Positions 17,449 to 24,986 of a stretch of DNA of 24,986 nucleotides are shown here, piece by piece; positions within the stretch are counted from its first letter, which is position 1; the number at the start of each line of letters is the position of its first letter. The stretch comes from Thermotogota bacterium (GTDB taxonomy: Bacteria > Thermotogota > Thermotogae > Petrotogales > Petrotogaceae). A program made the translations under genes and the position numbers. The DNA lies in contig JBNJGY010000028.1 of NCBI GenBank assembly GCA_051748045.1, forward strand, positions 1-24,986, written 5' to 3'. The notes beneath the pieces were generated by a model. It saw nothing but the letters and a program-made list of their open reading frames with translations. It did no database searches and was not told the origin of the DNA.

Positions 17449-18306
17449 TTATATAGTTTTCTTTCCCATGATACCTGTAGGTTTAAAAATTAGGAAAATA
17501 AATACAAGTACAAGGAACGATACTTCCGCCATGCTTGCTGACCAAGCATAAGAAATAAAGCCTTCTAAATAACCCATGATAAAAGCAGCTACAATACTTC
17601 CGCCTATACTTCCTAATCCACCTAAAATTACGATTGAAAAAGCTTTTAGCAAAGTGATCAACCACATATCAACTGAAATAGACAAAAATGGAGATATAAC
17701 AATTCCACCAATACCTGCTAAAACAGCAGAAATAGCTGCGACTACTACAAAAACTTTTGAAGTGTTAACTCCAACTAATTCAGCTGCATAAGTATCTTGA
17801 GATGTAGCTAAAATTTGTTTACCAAAAGTAGTTTTATTAATAAAAAGCATTAAAACTATGATAGTGATAATTGAAACTAAAAAGGCAACTGATCTTGAAC
17901 CTGGTATTGTTTGTCCAAATAACTCAATTGACTTATCAAAAAATGGTTGGATAGAATATCTTCTTGCACCAAATAAAAGTGTTAAAAGATATTGTGTGAA
18001 ATACGAAGCACCCAAAGTGAAAATTAAGATATAAATACTTTCTCCTCTTTTTCTTAAATACAATATAGGACCTTTCATTAAAGCACTTCCCAAGATAGCT
18101 ACAAAAAGCAGAGCTAATAAAGCAGCAAAAATTGGAGAAATACCAATACTTACCAACCAGTACATCATATATGCAGCAACCATATAATATGCACCATGGT
18201 AAAGATTTACAACTCCCGCTACTCCGAAAGTCAATGAAAATCCTAATGCGATTAATGCATAAATAGAACCATTTATAGTTCCGTTTATAAACACATTAGC
18301 AAACAA
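17449..18306 (-). CDS. livH: LIV-family ABC permease
   Basis: GSIYALIALGFSLTFGVAGVVNLYHG, AELVGVN, KAFSIVILGGLGSIGG, KPTGIMG; TTG start follows AAGGGGTG. Confidence 0.9.
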   Translation of the reverse strand: MFANVFINGTINGSIYALIALGFSLTFGVAGVVNLYHGAYYMVAAYMMYWLVSIGISPIFAALLALLFVAILGSALMKGPILYLRKRGESIYILIFTLGASYFTQYLLTLLFGARRYSIQPFFDKSIELFGQTIPGSRSVAFLVSIITIIVLMLFINKTTFGKQILATSQDTYAAELVGVNTSKVFVVVAAISAVLAGIGGIVISPFLSISVDMWLITLLKAFSIVILGGLGSIGGSIVAAFIMGYLEGFISYAWSASMAEVSFLVLVFIFLIFKPTGIMGKKTI

Positions 18307-18347
18307 AACACACACCCCTTTCATTTATAGAACTAAAATATTATAGA

Positions 18348-18490
18348 TGAATCATATCTCATTAAAAAAGAAAAAATAATAGTTTTTTAAATTAATAAAA
18401 AACCAAATCAAACATAAAAATATCTAACCTAAGACAATTAAATAAATATATCTGGTATATATTCATATATAAAGGGTGAATCATATCTCA
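18348..18490. promoter_or_regulatory. Pair of identical 14-bp sites (TGAATCATATCTCA), candidate operators upstream of livH
   Basis: Exact copies at 18348-18361 and 18477-18490; TGA-N8-TCA symmetry resembling an ARG box. Confidence 0.5.
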
Positions 18491-18799
18491 ATTCCTTTAA
18501 ATTAATATTAGTACTTTTTACTAATTAATCAAAATATAGGAAAAGATATTTATAGCTAATTATAAGGAAATGTAATCATATATATTCAATAAACCTTATT
18601 TTACTCAAAAATTAATAAAGTTCAAATATTGAACTAAAATCACTTTATGAGAAAAAATACACAAAAACTGCTTAATTACTATTATTGTGATTAAATAACA
18701 ATTATAAAGGGAAAGTATTACATGAAAAATTAGTGAAAAAAATAACGTAACCTTTACAATAATTAATCATTTGATAATTTAATAGCTATTTATTATTAT

Positions 18800-18829
18800 A
18801 AAAAAGGTGACCTTTAAAAAGGTCACCTT
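18800..18829 (-). terminator. Rho-independent terminator of the arc operon
   Basis: AAGGTGACCTTT-AA-AAAGGTCACCTT inverted repeat with a T tract on the minus strand just after arcC. Confidence 0.88.
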
Positions 18830-18843
18830 AGATTAGATTTATT

Positions 18844-19785
18844 TTATTTTACAATTGTAGTTCCTGTTTTTCCTTCTAATGCTTCAGTTAATTTTTGCAT
18901 ATCTGTTATTAAAGCTGGGTTTCCACTTTCTTTAACAAATGAAAGACAAGCTTCTATTTTTGGAAGCATACTTCCTTTTGCGAAATGTCCTTCTTCCATA
19001 TATTTTTCTGCTTCTTCAACAGTTATTTCATCCAAATCTTTTTGGTTTTCTTTTCCAAAATTAAGAGATACTTTTTCAACAGCGGTTAAAATAATAAACT
19101 CATCAGCTTTTAGATCTTTAGCCATTAAAGCAGAAGCTCTATCTTTATCTATAACAGCCTCAACGCCGATAATCTTCCCATCTTTTTTGATGACAGGAAT
19201 ACCGCCACCGCCACCAGCGACTACTAAGAAATCTTCATCTACTAATTTTTGGATAGATTTTTTTTCTATAACTTCTAAAGGTATTGGTGATGGAACAACT
19301 CTTCTCCATCCTCTTCCAGAATCTTCTTTGAAATCCCAGCCTTTTTCATCTTGTAATTGTTTTCCTTCTTTTTCAGTATAAAATGGTCCAACTGGTTTTG
19401 ATGGATTTTTAAAGCCTTCATCTTTTTCGTCTACAACAATTTGGGTAACAACTGAAGCTATTTCTTTTTCTATTCCTCTTTCAACTAAAATATTTTTCAA
19501 AGATTTCATAATCATATAGCCCAAGTATCCTTGAGTCATAGCACCGTTTATGTCCATTGGAAATGGAGGTACTTTTTCTTTTGCTAAGTCTTGTTGAATT
19601 AAAATATTACCAACTTGTGGGCCATTTCCATGAGTTATAACAATATCATAATCTTTTTCTATCATATCAGCTAAATAACTTGCAGTTTCAGAAATATTTT
19701 TTAACATGTTTTCTGCATTAGGAACTTCACCAGGTCTGTTAACAGCGTTTCCACCTATTGCAATAACTGCTAATTTTTTTGACAT
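18844..19785 (-). CDS. arcC: Carbamate kinase
   Basis: VIAIGGNA, ITHGNGPQVG, PSKPVGPFY, GRGWRRVVPSP, GGGGIPV, EAVIDKD, GSMLPKIEA; ATG 19785 follows AAGGAG. Confidence 0.97.
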   Translation of the reverse strand: MSKKLAVIAIGGNAVNRPGEVPNAENMLKNISETASYLADMIEKDYDIVITHGNGPQVGNILIQQDLAKEKVPPFPMDINGAMTQGYLGYMIMKSLKNILVERGIEKEIASVVTQIVVDEKDEGFKNPSKPVGPFYTEKEGKQLQDEKGWDFKEDSGRGWRRVVPSPIPLEVIEKKSIQKLVDEDFLVVAGGGGGIPVIKKDGKIIGVEAVIDKDRASALMAKDLKADEFIILTAVEKVSLNFGKENQKDLDEITVEEAEKYMEEGHFAKGSMLPKIEACLSFVKESGNPALITDMQKLTEALEGKTGTTIVK

Positions 19786-19819
19786 TTTCTCAACTCCTTT
19801 TTTCATTGTTAGAAATGAA

Positions 19820-19839
19820 AGACGGGATTTCTCCCGCCT
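19820..19839 (-). other. Intercistronic GNRA-capped hairpin between arcB and arcC
   Basis: Minus strand AGGCGGGA-GAAA-TCCCGTCT followed by TTCATTTC. Confidence 0.6.
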
Positions 19840-19860
19840 AAATATATTCTTTGAAATTAA

Positions 19861-20850
19861 TTATCCGTGAATAGTTGCAACCATTACAGCTTTAATAGTA
19901 TGCATTCTATTTTCAGCTTCGTCAAAAACTTTTGAATGTTTGCTTTCGAATACTTCATCAGTAACTTCCATTTCAGAAATTCCAAATTTTTCATAGATTT
20001 CTGCACTAACAACAGTATCAGTGTTATGGAATGAAGGAAGACAATGTAAGAAATTCACATCTGGATTATTTGTTTTTTTGATCATATCCATGTTTACTTG
20101 ATATGGTTTTAATAATTTTATTCTTTCCTCGAATTGGTCTTCTTCTCCCATTGATACCCAAACATCAGTGTAGATAACGTCAGCATCTTCTACTGCGTTA
20201 ACATCATCTGTAATAGTAATTGAACCACCAGATTCTTTAGCAACTTCTCTCATTTCGTTTACTAAATCTTCTTGTGGGTATAATTCTTTTGGAGAAATAG
20301 TAACAAAATCCATTCCCATTTTCGCTGCACCAATCATTAATGCGTTACCCATATTGTTTCTTCCGTCACCAACATAAACAAATTTAACTTTATTTAATGG
20401 TTTATTTATATTTTCCATAACTGTTAAGAAATCAGCTAAAACTTGTGTTGGATGATCTAAATCTGTTAAACCATTCCATACAGGAACTCCTGCATTTTCG
20501 GCTAAGTCTTCAACAGTTTCTTGTTTGAAACCTCTGAATTCTATACCGTCATAATATCTACCTAAAACTCTTGCTGTGTCTTTTATTGTTTCTTTTTTAC
20601 CCATTTGAGAATTAGACAAGAAAGTAACGTGAGCACCTTCGTCTAAAGCGGCAACTTCAAAAGCAGCTCTAGTTCTTGTTGAGTTTTTTTCAAACAATAA
20701 AACTATGTTCTTACCTTCGAGCATGTCTCCTTTAATACCCATTCTTTTCTTTTGTTTCAAGTCTTTAGAAAGATCCAACATGTATTGGATTTCTTCTCTA
20801 GTGAAATCTTTCAAAGTTAAAAAATGTCTTCCTCTTAAATTTACAGGCAT
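19861..20850 (-). CDS. arcB: Ornithine carbamoyltransferase (catabolic by context)
   Basis: [48 protein letters not shown]; lies between arcA and arcC. Confidence 0.96.
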   Translation of the reverse strand: MPVNLRGRHFLTLKDFTREEIQYMLDLSKDLKQKKRMGIKGDMLEGKNIVLLFEKNSTRTRAAFEVAALDEGAHVTFLSNSQMGKKETIKDTARVLGRYYDGIEFRGFKQETVEDLAENAGVPVWNGLTDLDHPTQVLADFLTVMENINKPLNKVKFVYVGDGRNNMGNALMIGAAKMGMDFVTISPKELYPQEDLVNEMREVAKESGGSITITDDVNAVEDADVIYTDVWVSMGEEDQFEERIKLLKPYQVNMDMIKKTNNPDVNFLHCLPSFHNTDTVVSAEIYEKFGISEMEVTDEVFESKHSKVFDEAENRMHTIKAVMVATIHG

Positions 20851-20881
20851 TAAAATCCCTCCTATGTTATTTGATGTTGTA

Positions 20882-22099
20882 TTATTCTCTAAATAATGGC
20901 ATACTCATACACCTTGGTCCGCCACGACCCCTTGAAAGTTCACTGGATTCTATTTCTAAAACTTCTACTCCGTGATCTTTCAGTAATTTATTTGTAATGA
21001 TATTTCTGTCATAAGCGATGATTTTTCCAGGTTCTATAGCAAGAGCATTTGAACCATCGTTCCATTGTTCTCTTGCTGCAGCGATTTCATCTCCATCTCC
21101 ACATTTTATTAATGTTACTTTGTCTACATCTAAATGTTTTTCTAGTATTTTATTTAAAGAACCAGTTTCTTCTTCAATAGCATAATCTGATTCATCTGTC
21201 TTTTTAAGAACAAAGATTTTCATGGCATCTTCTAATTCAGAGTGAACTACGAATTTATCATAATCAACCATTGTAAATACAGTATCAAGATGCATGTAAG
21301 CTCTTTTTGCTGGAATTAAAAAACCAAGAATTGTATCAAAGCTATCCTCGTATTCTTTGAATATTTTGTCTGCTAAGGTTTCGAGTGCTTCTGGGTCTGT
21401 TCTCTCAGAAATACCTACAGCAATTGTTTTCTCGTCTAGGACTAAAATATCTCCACCTTCAACTGCATAAGGAAATGATTTTTTATAATACAAAGGAGTT
21501 TCTTTGAAATCTGGATGATATTTTAAAACGTATTCCATAAGCATTGATTCTCTTCTTCTTGCTGGTGTTCTCATTCTATTGATTGAAGCACCTTTACCAA
21601 TCATAGCAACAGGATCTCTTTGAAAATAAAGATTTGGCATAGGATTCAAAAAGAATGGTATATCCATGTTAGATTTTCTTACTTTGACAGAAAAAATTTC
21701 TTTTTTTAGATCAAGTTCATTAGTTCTTACTCCAGCTATCATCTTTGCAACCATGGATTTTGTATCCATAGAAAAAAGATAATCTTCTAAAGAAGATTTT
21801 ATAATTTGATTATTTATTTCTGACATTTCAAGAAATTCATCTAAAAAAATCTTTTTGATATTATCTTTTTCCAAAGTTTGTTCTAAAAGATTTGAAATAT
21901 AGTAAACCTTAGAACCATTGTCTTCTAAAACTTTTGCGAACATATCGTGTTCTTCCTGTGCTTTTTTAAGAAAAGGAATATCATCAAAAAGCAAATCAGA
22001 TAAATAATTTGGAGCTAGATTTTCTAGCTCTGCTCCAGGTCTGTGGAGTAAAACACTTCTTAACTTCCCTATTTCAGAATAAACTCTTATAGGCACCAA
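20882..22099 (-). CDS. arcA: Arginine deiminase
   Basis: [67 protein letters not shown]. Confidence 0.98.
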   Translation of the reverse strand: MVPIRVYSEIGKLRSVLLHRPGAELENLAPNYLSDLLFDDIPFLKKAQEEHDMFAKVLEDNGSKVYYISNLLEQTLEKDNIKKIFLDEFLEMSEINNQIIKSSLEDYLFSMDTKSMVAKMIAGVRTNELDLKKEIFSVKVRKSNMDIPFFLNPMPNLYFQRDPVAMIGKGASINRMRTPARRRESMLMEYVLKYHPDFKETPLYYKKSFPYAVEGGDILVLDEKTIAVGISERTDPEALETLADKIFKEYEDSFDTILGFLIPAKRAYMHLDTVFTMVDYDKFVVHSELEDAMKIFVLKKTDESDYAIEEETGSLNKILEKHLDVDKVTLIKCGDGDEIAAAREQWNDGSNALAIEPGKIIAYDRNIITNKLLKDHGVEVLEIESSELSRGRGGPRCMSMPLFRE

Positions 22100-22195
22100 A
22101 TCTCCCCCTTTATATCATTTCATACAATTATAATATGATATTGTTATTTAATTAAATCTCATAAGAGCTGTTTATGATGAATGAGACCTAATGTT

Positions 22196-22211
22196 ATGAA
22201 ATATTTTTCAT
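22196..22211. promoter_or_regulatory. ARG-box-like palindrome upstream of arcA
   Basis: ATGAAA-TATT-TTTCAT resembles TGAAT-N4-ATTCA. Confidence 0.4.
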
Positions 22212-22364
22212 TAATCTTTTTTATATTCAATTTAGAAATTTATTTATTGTTATCAAAGTATTGTTTAATAAGTGTAAAAAACATGAATTGAAAAAATTAT
22301 CAAAACTTAAAATATCCATATATATTATATAAGAAATAGTTAAAAAATAAAAATAATACAAAAA

Positions 22365-22408
22365 TTGACTTATTACAAAATAAAATATATAATTAGTATA
22401 CTAACTAT
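22365..22408 (+). promoter_or_regulatory. Promoter and palindromic operator of the marR-nmrA operon
   Basis: TTGACT-17 bp-TATAAT at 22365-22393, overlapped by ATAATTAGTATACTAACTAT (perfect core TTAGTATACTAA at 22393-22404). Confidence 0.75.
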
Positions 22409-22428
22409 TATTATAAGGAGAAAGTTAT

Positions 22429-22857
22429 ATGAATGAAAATATAGGTTTTTTAATAAATAATCTTTCCAAAAATTTAAAATATATACTTAATAAAAAAATT
22501 GAAGGCAAGAATATAACTTCCAGTCAGTATTCTGTACTGAAATATTTACAATATAACAACCCAGATTATCAAAAAAATATAGCAGATCATTTAAATGCAG
22601 ATAGACCAACAATAACTGAAATAATAAAAAAACTAGAAAAAAAGAAGTTCATAAAAAAAATCAAAGATGAAAAAGATAAAAGATATTCCAAAATATCTAT
22701 AGACGAAACAGGCCTAAAGATAATTTCTGAAATAGATATTATTTCAAATAATATAATAGAAAAGTTGTTAAAAAATTTTTCAGAAAATGAAAAAGAGTTA
22801 TTTAAAATACTTCTTAAAAAAGCAGATGAAAACCTTTGGAGGTTAAAAAATGAGTAA
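22429..22857 (+). CDS. MarR-family transcriptional regulator
   Basis: ITSSQYSVL...QKNIADHLNADRPTITEIIKKLEKKKFI...DEKDKR wHTH. Confidence 0.92.
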   Translation: MNENIGFLINNLSKNLKYILNKKIEGKNITSSQYSVLKYLQYNNPDYQKNIADHLNADRPTITEIIKKLEKKKFIKKIKDEKDKRYSKISIDETGLKIISEIDIISNNIIEKLLKNFSENEKELFKILLKKADENLWRLKNE

Positions 22858-23698
22858 AAGTCTAATAGTAGGAGCCAGTGGAAATGTTGGCAAATGGGTT
22901 GTTGAGAACTTAAATTCTGATGAAATTGTAGTAGCAGAAAGAAATACAAAAAAATTCAATAATTTGGAAATAGAAACTAGAAAATTAGATTTTTATGATC
23001 CAAAAACATATGAAAATCTTTTTGAAAATATTGACTCTATTTTTTTAATGAGACCTCCAGCGATATCAAAAGTTAAAAAGTATATTTTTCCTTTTATAGA
23101 TAAAGCTATAGAAAAAGGAGTCAAGAAAATTGTTTTTCTCTCTTTGATAGGTGCTGAAAACAACAGCTTCGTACCCCATAAAAAAATTGAAGATTATTTA
23201 ATAAAAAAAGATGCTGATTATACATTTATAAGACCTACTTTTTTTATGCAAAATTTAACTGGTATGCATTTAAAGGACATCTTAGAAATGAAAGAGATAA
23301 TAGCACCAGTAGGCAAAGGAAAAACCAATTTTATAGATACAAAAAATATTGGTGAAATTATAGCAAAAGTTTTAAAAGAAAAAGGGCATGAAAAAAAGGC
23401 ATATAGTATAACAGGCCCAAAATCATATACATATCATGAAGTAGCAGATATATTGACAAAAAAACTAGGTAGGAAAATAGAATATAAAGAACCAGGAGTT
23501 ATTAAATTTTTTATTCGAATGAAAAAAAGAGGTTTTAATATTAAATATATTTTTGTAATGATGGCTATTTTTTTAACGTCAAAATTTGGAAAGGCTGATA
23601 TAACAAATAATAATTTTAAAAACATTATGGGATATGAACCAAACTCGCTTGAGGATTTTATAGAAAGAAATAAAGAAAAATTCTTAAAAATAAATTAA
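22850..23698 (+). CDS. NmrA-like / atypical SDR NAD(P)-binding oxidoreductase
   Basis: IVGASGNVG, IVFLSLIGAE..SFVPHKKIE, YTFIRPTFFMQN, YSITGP; overlaps the marR stop. Confidence 0.88.
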   Translation: MSKSLIVGASGNVGKWVVENLNSDEIVVAERNTKKFNNLEIETRKLDFYDPKTYENLFENIDSIFLMRPPAISKVKKYIFPFIDKAIEKGVKKIVFLSLIGAENNSFVPHKKIEDYLIKKDADYTFIRPTFFMQNLTGMHLKDILEMKEIIAPVGKGKTNFIDTKNIGEIIAKVLKEKGHEKKAYSITGPKSYTYHEVADILTKKLGRKIEYKEPGVIKFFIRMKKRGFNIKYIFVMMAIFLTSKFGKADITNNNFKNIMGYEPNSLEDFIERNKEKFLKIN

Positions 23699-23779
23699 TT
23701 ATTAACATTAAAAAAATAAAGTATTTTCTTTTATAATATAAAAGAGGATACTTTTTTATTATAAAAGGAGGAAATAATT

Positions 23780-24904
23780 ATGGGTATGGTTTATGATGAT
23801 GTATCTTGGGTAGATTTTGATAAATTAGAATCATTTATGACAGATGTCTTTAAAAGCGTAGGTGTACCAGAAGAAGATGCAAAGATATGTGCAAATGTTT
23901 TAATTGCTGCAGATAAAAGAGGAATAGATACACACGGAATAGGTAGATTAAAACCTATTTACATAGATAGAATAAACGATGGAATTCAAAAACCAGTTAC
24001 AGAGTTTGATATTGTAAGAGAAACTCCAACAACAGCAGTTATAGACGGGCACGATGGAATGGGACATGTAATAGGTTATAAATCCATGAAATTAGCTATA
24101 GAAAAAGCAAAGAAATATGGAATGGGAATGGTAGCTGTTAGAAACTCAACCCATTATGGAATAGCAGGATATTACGGGCTTATGGCTTCAGAAGAAGATA
24201 TGATAGGAATAACAGGAACAAACGCCAGGCCATCTGTTGCACCAACTTGGGGAGTAGAACCAATGCTTGGAACAAACCCATTAACTTTTGTTCTACCTAC
24301 AGATGAAGAATTTCCTTTCTTCGCTGATTTTGCAACACCAGTATCTCAAAGAGGAAAAATTGAAATGTATGACAGAGCTGGGAAAAAAGTTCCAGAAGGC
24401 TGGGTAGTTGGAAAAGACGGGAAATCAAAAACAGATCCAAAAGAAATACTAAAAGATATTTTAGCTGGTGATGCTTCCTTAGTACCTCTTGGAGGAATTG
24501 GTGAGGAAAACGGTGGTTATAAAGGATATGATTATGCTACAGTTGTAGAAATCCTTTCAGCTGCATTACAACAAGGAGCATTTTTAAAAGCACTTTCAGG
24601 TTTTGATGATGATGGAAACAAAAGGCCATATAGATTAGGACATTTTTTCATGGCTATTGATATAAACGCTTTTACAGAACCAGAAAAATTCAAAAAAACT
24701 ACAGGTGAAATATTGAGAGACTTAAGAAATTCAGAAAAAATGCCTGAAGCAGATAGAATTTGGACAGCTGGAGAAAAAGAATATAAAACATGGCTGGAAA
24801 GAAAAGATAAAGGGGCTCCATTAAACAAAAAGCTTAGAGAACAATTAGTTGAATTAAGAGACAAATATGATCTAGAATACAAATTCGATTTTGAAAAGGA
24901 ATGA
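23780..24904 (+). CDS. Ldh_2-family (type 2 malate/L-lactate) dehydrogenase
   Basis: ADKRGIDTHG, AVRNSTHYGIAGYY, GTNPL, DFAT, GGYKGY, GHFFMAID. Confidence 0.92.
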   Translation: MGMVYDDVSWVDFDKLESFMTDVFKSVGVPEEDAKICANVLIAADKRGIDTHGIGRLKPIYIDRINDGIQKPVTEFDIVRETPTTAVIDGHDGMGHVIGYKSMKLAIEKAKKYGMGMVAVRNSTHYGIAGYYGLMASEEDMIGITGTNARPSVAPTWGVEPMLGTNPLTFVLPTDEEFPFFADFATPVSQRGKIEMYDRAGKKVPEGWVVGKDGKSKTDPKEILKDILAGDASLVPLGGIGEENGGYKGYDYATVVEILSAALQQGAFLKALSGFDDDGNKRPYRLGHFFMAIDINAFTEPEKFKKTTGEILRDLRNSEKMPEADRIWTAGEKEYKTWLERKDKGAPLNKKLREQLVELRDKYDLEYKFDFEKE

Positions 24905-24909
24905 TATAA

Positions 24910-24986
24910 ATGGATATGAGAGAAAAAGCATTAAAAGAGCACGAATTGTGGAGAGGTAAACTAGAAATAAAATCAAAAGTAAAAGT
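24910..24986 (+). CDS. Probable NAD(P)-dependent malic enzyme, N-terminus (partial)
   Basis: ATG follows AAAGGA and gives MDMREKALKEHELWRGKLEIKSKVK, matching the 'REKAL..H....GK.EI.SKV' start of small bacterial malic enzymes; only 25 codons visible. Confidence 0.7.
   Translation, partial: MDMREKALKEHELWRGKLEIKSKVK

Noticed and set aside
18325-18800. Possible T-box or riboswitch in the long liv leader
   Set aside because: Extremely AT-rich, with no T-box 14-mer, GC-rich stems or terminator/antiterminator visible on the minus strand.
2057-24882. Short antisense or overlapping ORFs in the track (e.g. 2057-2449, 5320-5631, 13166-13537, 15435-15854, 22587-22949, 24532-24882)
   Set aside because: They are shadows of well-supported genes and have no recognisable motifs.

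Overview
AT-rich bacterial chromosomal window, probably from an anaerobe. The protein style, such as the MKK...FA signal peptide of the binding protein, suggests Thermotogota/Petrotogales, but that is inference only. Left to right it contains: (1) a divergent arsenic-resistance locus (partial acr3 + arsR <- -> arsR, arsP-type permease, small CxxC thioredoxin-like protein) with two near-consensus promoters, each followed by its own 22-bp palindromic operator; (2) a four-gene operon, crtN-crtM (C30 carotenoid) followed by a SEC59/VTE5-family prenol kinase and a DUF92/VTE6-family protein, which is the most interesting feature and looks like a two-step isoprenoid-alcohol salvage route wired to carotenoid synthesis; (3) a LolD/MacB-type ABC exporter with an OmpR/HisKA two-component system; (4) a GNAT acetyltransferase and a DUF4097 beta-repeat protein; (5) a LIV-family ABC importer; (6) the arginine deiminase operon arcABC with no arcD; (7) MarR + NmrA-like oxidoreductase; (8) an Ldh_2-family dehydrogenase and the start of a malic enzyme. 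No rRNA, tRNA, CRISPR array or transposase was seen. Family assignments come from motif recognition, not database searches.
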